A stretch of DNA of 64,000 bases from Flaccisagitta enflata. Lineage: Eukaryota. The translations under genes and the position numbers were made by a program. This document shows, piece by piece, positions 1 to 40,181 of this stretch (its first letter is position 1; the number at the start of each line of letters is the position of its first letter). The stretch is from positions 38,192,001 to 38,256,000 of the forward strand of contig OZ231126.1 of the NCBI GenBank assembly GCA_965153355.1, written 5' to 3'. The notes under the pieces are model-generated. The model was not told the origin of the DNA. It worked only from the letters and a program-made list of their open reading frames with translations, and searched no databases.

Positions 1-985
1 AAAAAAAAAGTAACCGTCGCCAATTTTTTGCATACTAGTCCTAAAAACCATGTAGATTAAGATTATCTACTTCATTTTTCTCAATTATAAGCCGAAAAAA
101 TTAAACACACTTTTTTTTGCTAAAAATGGAAGTTTTTTGCTCAAAAACGCTTAATTTTTAAATTATGAAATAAGAATATGCCCTTCTTAAGATACAAAAT
201 CATCCACTGAACATTTGTGAGGAATTTCGTAAAATTCTGTTGACGTTAAGACGCTTAAATTGCATGTTAAAACTTAGAAATTTGAAAAAATAAGCCTTCA
301 TGAAATAAAAATCCCCAAAAGACATCAAGAAATGTTAGATCTTATGAAAATATACCTTCCTACCAAATTTCATGCTTATATGATGATTATAGGCTTAATA
401 ATAACCAAAAAAACAATTTACGACAATGTGCAAATGTGCTTTTTGGGCGAAAATAGCTAAAATCTCACTAAATTAGCTCATCAATTGCAATTATGTTGGT
501 TTTTCATAGTGCAATCAATTTAAAACAAAGAAAGCCTTGTAAGTTAAATTTTAGCGATTTTTGCCTAAAAGCTCATTTGCATATTGTTGTAAATTGATTT
601 TTCGGTTATCACTCAGCCGATATTTATCATATGACTATGAAGTTTGGTAGAAAGGTATATTCTTATAAGATCCAACATTTTTTTATGTCTTTTAGTGATT
701 GTTTCGTCATTAAGGTTTAATTTTTAAAGATTTTAAATTTTATAATGCATTGCAAGCGTCTCAACGTCAACGGAATTTCGCGAAATTTCTCTGAAATGTT
801 CAACAAATGAAATTCTATCTTAAGAAGGGCATATTCTTTCTTCATAATCAAAAAACTGCCATTTTTGGCAAAAAAAAGTGTGTCTAATTTTTTCGGCTCG
901 CAATCGGGAAAAATGAAGTTGATTTTCTTAATCTACAGCTTTTTTAGGACTAGTGTGCAAAAAATTGGAGACGGTTTTTTTTATT
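1..985. mobile_element. Foldback (long inverted-repeat) non-autonomous DNA transposon; left end probably outside the window
   Basis: 1-~500 is an imperfect reverse complement of ~500-985 (e.g. 'aaccgtcgccaattttttgcatactagtcctaaaaa' near 12 vs 'tttttaggactagtgtgcaaaaaattggagacggtt' near 941-977). No ORF. Confidence 0.8.
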
Positions 986-1398
986 TTTCAAAGGGTTTTG
1001 GTCTACCAGATATTTGACCGACAGACAGTCTTTCCGAGTGTAAAGTCATCTATATCAAACTCAAAAATGGTGCAAGAACTCCTTAGAAAGGGGTGGTGAT
1101 CATTTCCACGGTGCGTCTATTTTGAGCATTCAAATTTTCATAAACGCATCTGCGAGATATGGCATTATTTGCGAATAATCAATGTAGAATAGAAACTAGG
1201 GTCGGTGAAACTCAATTTGATCGAAACGAGAGGCGAGATGGATGGTCACATGACAAGCCTCAATGATTTAAGGGGTGTTTCGTTTGGGGTTGAAACTCTT
1301 CAACTCTAATGTAAACAACCAATGACACTGGAAACCAAGTCGACTTGCGGGGGTCGAGTGTAAGAAGTAGGGTGCCGGGGGTTCTCAATAAGGAAAAC

Positions 1399-1455
<57 letters not shown>

Positions 1456-2082
1456 CACAGACAAACAGACAGAAACGAAATCAGAGAAAGACAGAAGAAA
1501 TAGACGAATCAGACATACAGAGTTACAGACTGAATGAACGTTGAAAAACTGAATAGATTCAACAAAATTATAGACAATGGGATAGACAGACAAACCGATC
1601 GAAAGACAGTTACAGACCGACGGAGCTGAGCAAGAAAGAAAAGATATCAGGAGATAGATGATTCCTTTGTCGTCCTCCGGGGACGTGAAGTGTTGGCGTA
1701 GGAAAAGGAACAACAAAATCGAGTGAATTAAACGCAGATGGTTAAAAAGCCTACTCTTTTGATTATATCCGTATTAAAACCGTCAGCTCATGATCACGTT
1801 CTCAGATGCATCCTCGCCTGTCTGTAAGCGAGCATTTTCACCATGGTAGGTTTTTAGTCGCTGGCTAAGCGACTCTACACAAAAGGGTGTGCAAAAAAAT
1901 TGGTATTTACATATCGTCATAAAAACAATACTTCTAGATGGCCCAATGAGATGAAAGTTGAAATACAATCTTACTATTGGTTCTAATGAATGCTAATGTG
2001 CATAGGTTTTGTGTTTAACTTCTCTGGTTTGCAAAAATAGTAGGGATTGGTAGTTCTGCTAAAATTGTACTCTACAATTTCA

Positions 2083-2384
2083 CAGGCGTGTATGATGTTG
2101 AGTACAATAAAATCAAATGGTTTGGAGATGGGGAAGAAAATCAAAAGCTTTAAAAAAAGTAAAAAAAAATTTTGAATATTTAACACTTTTGGCAATACCA
2201 AAAGGTAGAATGTAATTACTACAACACAATTTAACACTATTGAAACTTAAAATATACTGTTTTATAGAGGGTAAAAAAATCAAAGATTTTATGATGTGAT
2301 GTGACACGACGCGTCGCGGGGAAGAAAATCAAATGCAGGGAGGGGGGAATAAAATCAAAAGCCACTCAATTTTATACACCCCTG
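2083..2384. mobile_element. hAT-type MITE
   Basis: Termini CAGGCGTGTAT...ATACACCCCTG; perfect 8-bp TSD CAATTTCA at 2075-2082 and 2385-2392; internal repeated 'aaaatcaaa' motifs. Confidence 0.8.
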
Positions 2385-2982
2385 CAATTTCATAGGATTT
2401 TTACTGGAAAAAATAAGGCAAACTACAGCAATCATATTCAACTGGAAAAAATATAGACTGGTATCCAGAAAAATTAAAGGAACACTGATATACTTCAATC
2501 CAACAGCACAACAATAATGTCCAAAAGTTTGGTCTTAGCATCTTAAAAATCTGTTTAAATAATTTTGAATTTATCATCACTTTTGATTTGTCCATCAAGA
2601 GCAATATTTTTGGGACTATTGCAAACAGGCCTTTCCTGACCTCTCACTCTTGTTTTCAAAAATCTTTGCTGCCTATCCTCTGATAAAAATTAAAAAATAT
2701 TAAATTGACATGATTGACTTCGAACTTGATGGAAAAGTGTCTGTTAAGGATGGTTTTTGTACATTTACTCCAAACAATACCAAATTTTTTGCACATCCTG
2801 TTAAGCGGCTGTGTCAGTAGGAAGGTAGGTAAAGCGAAATTTATGACGCGAAATTAACTAAAATAATGACTTCGTAGCTGCCTCTGCCCAGCCACATTAC
2901 TGCCCCGGCCCACCCGCATTACAGCCCCTGCCCACCTGCCGTCGACTACTTATCGGCCGTGTATCGGGCCTTGTTTTTCACA

Positions 2983-3598
2983 CACTGTGCTTTCAATCAA
3001 AATCTGAGTGAAAAATCATATAACAGTGGGTTTCTCCGCATTGTTGTGTAGGGTTGGGGTCTGATAACATGTAACTAGCCAAAATAAAATCATTCACCGA
3101 GCGCTTTTTTAGTAACCTTCAAAATGGAAAAAAATTAGACCCATTTTCAATAAAGATTCTACTGAGTTGTATTGACCTATTTTTTGACTTCATATTGTTA
3201 ATCTATGCAAAATTCCCTTTCATTTGATAGGTCACACTATATGGTTTTATTTCAAAATAAAGTTTTCATTTTTTGAGCCACCGTTACTTTTTTGTAACGG
3301 TGACTCAAAAAATGAAAATTTTAATTCTTTGCAAAAGTATAGAGTGCGACCTATCAAATGAAAGGGAATTTTGCATAGATTAACAATATGGAGTCAAAAA
3401 CTAGGTCAATACAACTCAGTAGAATCTTAATTGAAAATGGGTCTAAATTTTTTCCATTTTGAAGATTACTCAAAAAGCGCTCGGTGAATGATTTTGTTTA
3501 GGTTAGTTACATGTTATCACACCCCAACAGTACACAAAAATGCGGAGAAACCCACAGTTATGTGATTCTTCACTCAGATTTTGATTGAAAGCACAGTG
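2983..3598. mobile_element. Chapaev-like foldback MITE
   Basis: Whole element is palindromic with CACTGTGC...GCACAGTG termini and a 4-bp TSD (CACA); a second copy at 41649-42265 has TSD TACG. CAC termini with a 4-bp TSD fit Chapaev. Confidence 0.75.
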
Positions 3599-4098
3599 CA
3601 CAATGCTTGATCGACCAAAGGGGGAGTCATAAATCAACTACAGGGGGAGTCAAACATTGAATAGGGGAAGTCAAACTTAGGGGAAAGTCAAACATCTCTC
3701 CGCGCGCCTTAATTTTCAGAAGCGAAGACTCGTCGGGGGATCTCATTAACAAAATGATTGACTGAGTAAACGAGTGACTTTTGTTTACTTTCTCAAACCG
3801 CGCGGCGAATAACAGCTCAAGGTCGCCATTAGAGGAAGCCACCGAATCCCGTCAGCGAATAGGTCCATACCGCCTCTCTCAATGCCCTTCCGCCTCCAAC
3901 CCCCCCCCCCCCCCGCCTCATTTAAACCTGACTTGTTACAAGCATTGCCTGTTAGTAGCGGACTGGGGCAGAAATTAGACATGGGCCTTTTCATGTCACG
4001 CCTCGGCACAGACCCATAGGCAAGCACAGTCAGACACTGCATCGTAATGGGACGCTAGTCCACGACTAGAACAAGGCCAGATAGACGGCCAACAAGTA

Positions 4099-5124
4099 CA
4101 CTTTCTTTTTTATAAGAATGTTATTTTTTTTTTGACGGCTTCATGTTCTTTTTTTCGAGGCCAAATAAAGTCTTTAACGTTCTCAGAGCAATCTTAATTT
4201 AAAAAATTATATACACTATAGGAAACCGTTTAATGTTTTATTATTCAATTATACTAAATATTTTTCTATTACATACTGTTAAAACAAATATTAAACATTA
4301 AAGTTTGGTAATATTTTCAAAATATCCATAAGGCAGAACAGCCAATTATTTTATTCAACATCAACTAGTTCGACAAATATTAACCTCACTAGGATTTTCT
4401 AATTTGATCCAAAAAGATGCCATTACACTTATCATGTCCACTGATGTTATTTCACTTTTTCGTCGTAATATTTTGAAAATTAATTCTCATTAAAATTGGT
4501 GCTCCCCTGAATAAAGTCAATGCATTTGATACACAGTAATCATCCCAGGAATCAGGTCTTTCAATGCAAATGTATGTTAAAAAACATAAAATAATATCTT
4601 AATTATATGAAAATTTAAGGATTTTATTAATGTTCATTAGATACACTCTTTTTTTTTTATAAGAACATCATTTATTTTTCGAAGGCTTCATGTTCTTATT
4701 TTCAAGGCCAAATGAAGCCTTCAACGTTCTTAAAGCGTTCTTAATTTTCAACACTATATAAACTAAAGGAAATGGTATAATATACCATTACTAAATTACA
4801 CTAGTTATATTTCTATCAAATACTGTTATAACAAACGCCAATCATTAAAATTATGGATATTTTTATAATATTTATTTAAAAATCATTATATCATCTTAAT
4901 TGTACTAAAATTTTCTTAATGTTCTTTAAATAATATCATAAGCAAAATTTTTTCTCAAGATTTAAAGCCTTTGTATCTTCTTAAGATGTTCTTAATTTTT
5001 GGGCTATTTGAAGCCTTGATGTTCTTACAAACTAGGTTCTTATAAAAAAAAAGAGTGTATTATCTGGAGCAAAATTTTTTTCTCAAGATGTTGTTATAAA
5101 CTAGGTTCTTTTAAAAAAAAAGTG
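4099..5124. mobile_element. TA-flanked MITE with a copy of the same family nested inside (4644-5057), both inside a HINE-like element (~4070-5310)
   Basis: TA|CACT(T/C)TTTTT..ATAAGAA and TTCTT..AAAAA(G)AGTG|TA termini at both levels; a third copy at 17235-17663 and a related element at 42283-42760. Confidence 0.75.
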
Positions 5125-5701
5125 TAGTCGCTTGCGGTTGGGCAGGGCCAGTAAAGTGGGTGGGCGGGAGCTGTAATGTGGGTGACTAGGGGCTGTAATG
5201 CTCAGAAATCCTTAATTGGGCCAAATTCGAGTCATCCAAAATTTCGTGTTTCCGATCTTCCGACGGAAGGAAACACCGTATATTAAGAGTCGCTTAGCAG
5301 GCGATCACAAACGGCAAACCGGACGCGGACCATAATACGGCAAATGTTGTTCTTATTTTTCTTTTGAGTGAGTGTGTGACTACTGACGAGCTCTATCAAT
5401 TTTTTTCTAAATCCTTAAGCGCGAAACCCCGACAATAAACAAAATGTACTTTCTCGCAATTTTTGCCAAAGCCGCAACCGGAGCTCAAATAAGCTCATAG
5501 CTATATGAGCCATTTTGTAATTATAGACGGAGAAAATCCTTAACTATCTTCCAACGAACGCAAAAAAAAAAAACCCTAAATAAATGGGTAAAAATTAAAA
5601 CATAAACCAAGTGACACTTCCCTTGTCCGTCTTTTATTCTCATCACATCTTCAAATCATAGAAGAAACCTACTAGTAGAATAATTGGAAATTTAATCTTC
5701 G

Positions 5702-7111
5702 TCAAAGTGAAAAAGAGAAACTTCCAAAGCCGAAGCCTTTCTTAGGTTTGTGATGTTTGTGCATTTTCTTGGCCATCTTCTTTTCGTGTTTCATTTGTTT
5801 CTTGGCAAGTTTGGGGTCGTAAGCTGGGCCTCCCATCATCACCGGCGGACCCGCGGGCACCATCATCGGCGGCCCCGCCGCCATCATCGGCGGTGGCGGT
5901 CCTGCGTACCCCGGAGGCGGCGGGCCGTATCCCGGTGGTGGAGGTCCTGCGTACCCCGGAGGCGGAGGTCCTGCGTATCCTGGAGGTGGTGGTGGGCCGT
6001 ATCCTGGAGGTGGAGGACCACCGGGGGGTGCCCCGCCTCTGGCGCCCATAAGGATTTGATCCGCGGTTTGCTGATCTGATTTTGACGAAAGATTTATTTT
6101 GCAATCATCAAACATTTGAACAATATTTTGAATAGAAGTCTCGTGGAAATTTTTGATCAAGGTCGCGAAGCCTCATAAGTCACTGTGACAAAAACCTTCA
6201 AATTTTGTATTCTTTCTGATTTAAAAAATGTCATAATCATCATCAAACTAGGACTATATCCTATTAGATCTGTTATTGTCAATTAACACGTGTAACCTTT
6301 GATAGTCTCCATCTCATTTATATCTTTTTAGCAGAATCATGCCGCCAGTGCAATCGACTTGACACAAAAGATCGATTGGCGCGTATTCGTCATAGATGAA
6401 TGAACTTTTTTTACCTTGTTGAGAAAAAAACGCGCCCAGAACGTGATTTTTGTTTTGAGGATCTTGAAGACGAGGCGCAAAAGCTTGCAGAACGCCGAAT
6501 TTCGCTTGAGGTGCAGCTTGATCGAACTCACGACAACAGGCCGCTGGAAATTGTTGGAGAGAAAGAGAGAAAAGAGTTATGAAGAAATCAAGAAAAGGAT
6601 AAAACAGACAGGCCCACAGTTAGACCGACAAGAGACAGGTAGACACACTGACATAACACTTAAAGAGAGAATCTTAAGTTTAACGGAAAGTGAGGTAAAT
6701 GTTAAATGAATGAATGAATGAATGAATGAATGAATGAATGAAGGAATTCAATGTATGAATTTTAAGTTCGATGTATGAATAATATGAACAAATAAAGGAA
6801 CGAATACCAAGATCAGCGGCGGTGATTCCGGCGCATTTTTGGGCGAGCAACTGAGCAGCTTCCGATTTCATCGGCGTCGGCTGTTGGAACAGGTGGAGGA
6901 TGTGTGGGCATTCGTTGCCGTTGACGCCGCCGGCAGCACGAATCACCTGAATGAATGAAAAAATGAATGTCGAACGAATGAATGAATGAATGAATGAATG
7001 AATGAGACAGGTGGATGCTGTGCCGTTGACGCCGTTGGCAGCCCAAATCACCTGAATCTTGTCTTCATCCCGTTGACACTGCTGCACGGCACCCAACAAA
7101 GTGCCAGCCAT
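5702..7111 (-). CDS. DUF4476 (PROSER1 N-terminal-like) domain protein with a PPPGY-repeat and Lys/His-rich tail, 233 aa, 4 exons
   Basis: Exons 7052-7111, 6808-6946, 6415-6543, 5702-6075; all GT-AG, phases consistent, 702 nt total. Product MAGTLLGAVQQCQRDEDKIQVIRAAGG...KFGVLQAFAPRLQDPQNKNHVLGAFFSQQDQQTADQILMG fits the DUF4476 pattern (DK-V-I...L..F...K..L..L.P...DP.N...I...F...D...A..IL) by recall. AATAAA about 65 nt downstream of the stop. Confidence 0.75.
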
Positions 7112-7138
7112 GATGCCGACAAAGAAAGTGACCAGCAA

Positions 7139-7170
<32 letters not shown>

Positions 7171-7766
7171 TAATGAAATAAAAGCGACAGAAAGTGGGAA
7201 AGGGACGAATTGATATGTACAGGTGGAATTTAGAATGAATTTGAATCAACCAATGTTTATACCATGAACTAATTTCGGAGGGACGGAAAGACGAAATGTT
7301 CATATAGTGTGCGAGCCGGTTTTTTCATACGAAGAATCAGCACAAGTAAAGATACGAAAACACGGATAAAACAAGTAACGCGGGTTTACAATATCGTCGC
7401 GGACGGGTGGGCAGGGCGTCCAACCCCCATCCACATTTCAACCTCTACCCTTACACATAAAGCATACGATCTTTGCGACCCGATCACCACGGTCCGACGG
7501 ACGGGACAAAGCCTCTTATAGAGTCTCTAGTCCTCGACTAAAAAGGAAATTTTTTAAATGACGAAATTAAGGAGCGGAAACAGTTCAGAAAATGATAACG
7601 GGACAGTCTGGACTATCAACGGGCTTGAATACCGCAAAGGCTCGTCGGCCGCTTTCAAAGCTGGACCAGGATTACACGACTCCAAATCAAGATGCTAATA
7701 AATATAAGAAGCTTGGAACATTACTCTTTGAAGCTATATTTTTCTACTAAGTAGAGAGTTTGCACT

Positions 7767-8523
7767 TCATGACGGTTGGGTGAAACAAGCATTTCTTGCA
7801 CAGCAGGTTAGCAATGGATCCAGACAGCTCCTCTTCAGTTTTAAGGCAACTTTCTGCTGTCGCCACTTCGTCTTTGTTCTCTGAGGTACATAAGAAGTCA
7901 ACAAGGAATTACATTCATTAAACCACTTCTCAGACAAAACAATTAAAAGGAGGAAGAGCCTAAATTTCTTCAGTAATTGATTCAAGGTTTTGTCAGAGCT
8001 AGTTTCTCCTTTAGTCATTTTAATCAGTTCAAAAATGAATCCCATAAGTTTGCTAAAAATAACGAGCTGTAAAGAAGCAGAAGATTTTTTTACATCAACC
8101 AGTCGTCATGGCAAGGAGGTGATGTCATATTCTGTCATTATTTTGAGGTTGGCCTTCCTAGCATATTCGCGTTAGCTGCTCCTCTCCTTCAAGAATATCT
8201 ACCAGACAAGTTGAATAAGTTTCCAGAAACTGAGAAAACGAAATTCAATGAAACCCGTTATTTGTGGAAAAGCCTTCAACGAGCCGGCAACAAATTAAAT
8301 GAGTCTTATTCCTTACCTGTGTTTGATCTGAAAAAAATGTATTAAATCACACTTTTGAAAATAGATTTGAACACTCTATGATCAAAAAACTGTCAGTAGA
8401 CTTCGATTTTTTCCTGCTTGGAAATCATCTCTACAAAAGTGAAGAATTTTTTGCGAGCAAAAATTCACATTCTGCACTGCTGAGCTCAACTTTTCGGGGT
8501 CTGTTTCTTTCTTTTATATTTAG
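7767..8523 (-). pseudogene. Decayed spliced coding fragment of unknown origin
   Basis: Splice-like boundaries (CAG|GTAAGG near 8316, TTTCTCAG| near 8230) and coding-like composition, but in-frame stops; no recognisable domain. Confidence 0.3.
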
Positions 8524-8533
8524 CTGAAAGCAC

Positions 8534-34962
<26,429 letters not shown>

Positions 34963-37749
34963 CTGCAAAAACCAAATTTGAGGGGGACAATGAAAAAATG
35001 GAGCTTAGATTTGGGCTTCATGCTAATTTTTTGGTCCTTGACAATTTTCAAAAAAAAGGAATTTGCTGAGAAAAAAGGTGAAGAAAAACATTTTAGTAAG
35101 GACATTATAAAGTGGTTTTTACCCGTATTTGAAATATTCAATGATGATATGAATCTTTGTTATGTTCATTCAGGTCCACTACCCTGAAGAAGAGGGGATA
35201 CCCTCAAAATATAGGGGTGATTTTACTAATGTAACTAGTCATCCAAGGATCCCACATGGTCAGCGGTACCCGATGCCCTGCTTGGGGTGATCAAGTGAAG
35301 TAGTGGAGTGAGAGCAGGGCAGCGGCCCCAAAGGGCCGATGTCCTGTAGGACACAGGGGGAATTTCCAGACGTCCTGAGGGGGAATATAGCAGGCCTAAG
35401 AGGTAATTGAGGCGGGGTTTGAGGTCTGGGGGAAGATTTATGCCTGTCTAGGGGCAGGCCTTAGGCCTTGGGGGCAGATTTGAAGCTTGGAGGACTGATT
35501 TGGGGCCGGGAATGCTGATTTGAGGTTTGGAGAGCGGATTTGAGGCCTGGAGAGCTGATTTGATGCCTTGAGAGCTGATTTGAGGCCTGGAGAGCTGATT
35601 TGAGGCCCGGAGAGCTGTTTTTGGGCAGCGGCCCCGAAGGGGACGAAGTCCTGTAGAACACAGGGGGACTTTCGTTCGTCCGTTCGTTCGTTCGTTTGTT
35701 CGTCCATCCTCCCCCTCATCAAGCCCCTCAGGCCTCAAATCTGGCCTTTCAGGCCTCAAATCTGGCCTCTCGGGCCTCTAACTCAGCCTCTCAGGCCTCA
35801 AATGCAGCATCTCAGTCCTCAAATCTGGCCTCTCAGGCCTCAAATTCAACCTCTCAGACCCCAAACCTGACCTCTCAGGCCTCAAATCTGGTCTCTTAGG
35901 CCTCATATCCAGCCTCTCAGTCCTCCAACCTGGCCTCTCAGGCCTCAAATTAGGCTTCTCAGGCCTCACGTCCTTCGCTAAGCCTCAATTTGTGCTTTCA
36001 GGCTTCGTCAATCTCTGGCTCAGAAAGCGCAATCCAGCGCTCTCAAGCCTCCGTCAGCCTCTCCAGCTTCAAATTGACATTCTCTGGCCTTACATCAGCC
36101 TTCTTAGACCTCAGTTTAGGCTCTTGAAGGCCTTCAGTCAGCCCTCTATAGCATATCATCCACTTCTTCAGGCAGGACGAACGAAAGTCCCCCTGTGTTC
36201 TACAGGACTTCGTCCCCTTCGGAGCCGCTGCCCTGCTTCCCCTCATTCCATTTCACAATCACTCAAAGCAGGGCAACGGGTATCGCTGACCACACATTGC
36301 CCTTGGGCGACCTGTTAGGCCTGGAGGGCTAATTTGTGGGCTTAGAGGGCCTAAATCAGGCCTGAGAGTGAGGATATGAGGCCTCGCCAACCGGGGGGGG
36401 GGACGGAGGGACGGAAGGACGGAAGGACGGAAGGACGGACGGAAGGACAGACGGACGTCTGGAAATTCCCCCCTGTGTCCCACAGGACATCGGCCCTTTG
36501 GGGCCGCTGCCCAAAAAGTAAAGTGTGACGGACGGATAGATGGACAGACGGACAAACGGATGGATGGACGGACCAACAGATGGACAGACTGATGGACGGA
36601 CCGACAAAGCGGTGTATAGAGCCGCGTAACACGCGACTAAAAATGATACAATTTGATAATGATTGCACTCTAAGCCGGATCAACAAGGCGCAGGGCCCAA
36701 AGCTTAGCTAGGGGCGCGGGGGCCTCCTTAATTATAAGCTTTTTGAATATATACACACATAGTTTTAAAAAAGATTTAATGTTCAAAATATACTTAAGAC
36801 TGGGATTTGGGCCTTCAGACTGGAATTTGGGCCTCGAGACTGGGATTTGAGGGGGAGGGACAGAGAAGGAGGAGGAGGAGTAAATCCCCCAAATATGTGA
36901 AAACATAGGTCATCGACCCCTTAGGCGCGCCGCCCTGCTCCCCCCTCAACTTCAACCACAACCAACTTAGGCAGGGCACGTGTACCACTGACCATCTAAC
37001 ACTTTTGCGACTATTCCACTTTGACTTGTGCTCAACTGCTCACGGACGGACCAACAAACCGAGGACCAACAGATGGACAAAGCCTCTTTAGAGTTGCGTG
37101 TCCACAACTGAAAATCATGATAAAAAGAATTTTATCGTAGAGCATTCTGCTTGGCGCCAAATGAAAGAAAATTTTCAAATTTACTTACCCTATCAATTTC
37201 ATTTGAGGCCCCAATCGGTCCTCATAAGAACACGAAAACCATGTTTCTCTGGAATATGTCAAAAAGCCGAAGACTTAACTTTTTTCCCAAAGATTAGCAC
37301 CCCAGGCGATTTTGAAATTGGAAATAAAATATTCTGTTAAGCTTCACTAGAGCCCAATTCAAGGGACTGACCCAAATCATGCGTTCTGGTGAAGATGCCT
37401 TAGAGCCGACATAGAAATAACAAAAAATATCTTAGAGCAGTACAATGAATGCCTTATTGGGAAAAAAAGGTTGAAGTCGATCTTCAAATTTCTGACATAT
37501 TCCAAAGAAACATGGTTTTTAGTCGCATGCTACACAACTCAGCCACTTTTTGGTCCATCTGTCAGTCCATCTGTCAGTCCATCTGTCAGTCTGTCCATCA
37601 GCACATCCATCAGCCCGTCCATCAGTACATCCATCACAAACTACTTTTATTGCATTTTTTGCTTAATTAATGCTTTTGAACATTACAGAAACACTAGGGG
37701 GTTGAGATGAAGAGGGGCCGGCAGATCGTCAATGATCTCCTTCGCCATA

Positions 37750-38016
37750 ATTTTTTAACAAATCTTCAAAAGGTGGTTAAGTTCTTAACGATCTCATGGC
37801 ACTTTGCATGTTAGCATTGACAATGTCCTGATAATCCTGTATAAAACACTCTGATTTTTTTTCCATCATTTCATTGGCGATGTGGCAAGTGACGACCTCG
37901 TAATTCGACTTCTTGAAACGTAGGGGAGAAATCGGGTTTTCCATTTTCAATTTGAGGAACTTGAGGAACTTGAGCCATTTCCTGCCTGGGATGATACATT
38001 TTTTCATATTCACAGC
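37750..38016 (-). pseudogene. Possible decayed LINE (L1/Tx1-type) ORF1 fragment
   Basis: One frame reads ...PQIENGKP...LRGRHLPHRQ*NDGKKIRVFYTGLSGHCQC*HAKC, resembling the IRVxYxG pre-zinc-knuckle motif; stops present. Weak. Confidence 0.25.
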
Positions 38017-38221
38017 TGAGAAAGAACTAACTTTTTTCTTTCAAATGGCACCAGCGAGAGGTCCCTAGGATCAATATTTTTCGTGCTATGATTGGTTAAA
38101 TCTTTTTTTATTTTTAGCATTTTTGAAAAAATCGATATTTTTCATTGACCCCAATTTTTGGTCTTGTGTAACAATAAGATGACTCCAACTTTTATGACGC
38201 TAGCTTCAATATTTTGTTCTG

Positions 38222-38318
<97 letters not shown>

Positions 38319-38662
38319 CACACACACACAAACAGACGCACACACAAACAGACGCACACACACAAACAGAGACACACACACACACACACTCAAAGACAGA
38401 GAACAGAGTAAAAAGAGACACAAAGACACAGAGATTGAATAACAAAAACAGACAACCAATCAACCAGACATCATGAGATGCAAACACAGAAAAACAAGCA
38501 CTGAAAAAAAGAGACACCCATGTACGACTTTTTTCCAGTCGGCGATTAGCTGCCTTTATTGGTACTTTATGTCAAAGTTGGAACTGACTTGGGGCTACCT
38601 GTAAATTGATCTCATTTTGAGTTCTCCTAACTCTTTCAAATGCGTCTAATCTGAGGTTCATA

Positions 38663-39261
38663 CAGTACGATGGGAGCAATGACGTCCTAGACTGGAGGAT
38701 AGACTTTAAGTACCTTGATTTTGTTTGTATCATAAAAGATTTGAGATCTAGGGTAATTAAAGATTGCTTTATTGAGTGAAAATGTTTGCGTGTCTCAAAC
38801 TTCAACTTGCGACTTGACCTCATCAAGACTTCATTTTTCAAAGTTCTAACCTACCGCAATAGATCCGGTGGAAAATTTTATATGGTTTTGAAAAAAAGAT
38901 CAGCTCAATCGGTTCATTTTTACAGGTTTTGTAGCCATTTTAAGTTTTGCCTAAAAATTGATTTGCATAACTTTTGTTTATCAAACATAGCTGTAAAACC
39001 TGTAAAAATGGTCCAATTGAGCTGAATTTTTTTTTAAATTATATAAAATTTCTCGCCCGATCTAATGAAACTGGTTAGAACCTTGAAAAATGAAGTCTTG
39101 ATGAGGTCAAGTCACAAGTTGAGGTTTAAGAGACGCAAATGCATTCACTCAATAGAGCAACATTTAAATAGCCTAGATCTCAAATATTTCATGATACAAA
39201 TGAAATTAGGATACCTAAAATCTATCCTCCAGTCTAGGTCGTCATTGTTCCCATCGTACTG
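38663..39261. mobile_element. TA-flanked foldback MITE
   Basis: TA|CAGTACGATGGGA...TCCCATCGTACTG|TA; palindromic throughout. Confidence 0.8.
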
Positions 39262-39712
39262 TAGCTTAATTTGTTTACGAGCAGTGCTACATCTAAGTTG
39301 ACTCAGATTTATGAACCAGTGCAGATTTCTCTGTACACCCTTTTAACATCACCATGCCACTAACCACCTTGTGAGATAAGGGTTAACATGTTTTTGACCT
39401 TGATCATAATCAATCCATCATTCCCTTTCATACTATTTTTTCTTTCTCTTTATATTGATCAGGCACTGGATGTACGAACAGAGGAGGGATTGAAACGCTG
39501 CTAAAGATTGCAAACCATTTCTACACCTTGAAACAAGTTTACCGGCGATTTCTTGTGCAGTGGAACTGTCACTCAACAAACTATAAAAGCATTTCTTTAA
39601 ACTTCATATCAATATGATTGGAATTTTGTTATTCTGACCATGAACATGTAAAATGAATAAATGTTAAGATAGACATTCAAAAAGATTACCTATTTCCTAT
39701 CTATTTAACAGA

Positions 39713-39876
<164 letters not shown>

Positions 39877-40181
39877 CTCTCTCTGTGCTATTTCTCGTGT
39901 TTATGTACCCGGTAAGTTCAGCTTTTCATAGAGACCAATCCAAGCCTGTTGGAATAGAACAAAGTAACGCATCTTATGGAGATGAAGGAGATGATTATCA
40001 TCAAAATTGATGATTTTTCAGATGGACAATTTGAAGGATAGACAGTGCAACGCAACAGCACATAAAAGATATCCCACTGATTGAGGCGCAGTGCGCTTTG
40101 CGCATTGTGCCTCAACTTTTTTTTCTGGTCCTCTAGTCATTATTTTAGAATATGACCATTTTTACTCCTGTTAAGATCAGC

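Noticed and set aside
1306-2800. Possible exons near 1340-1400 and 2400-2680
   Set aside because: No consistent frame or recognisable motif could be assembled.
5702-6160. Single-exon 152-aa gene as listed in the ORF track
   Set aside because: Its N-terminal part (upstream of 6075) is intron; the 4-exon model gives a coherent domain.
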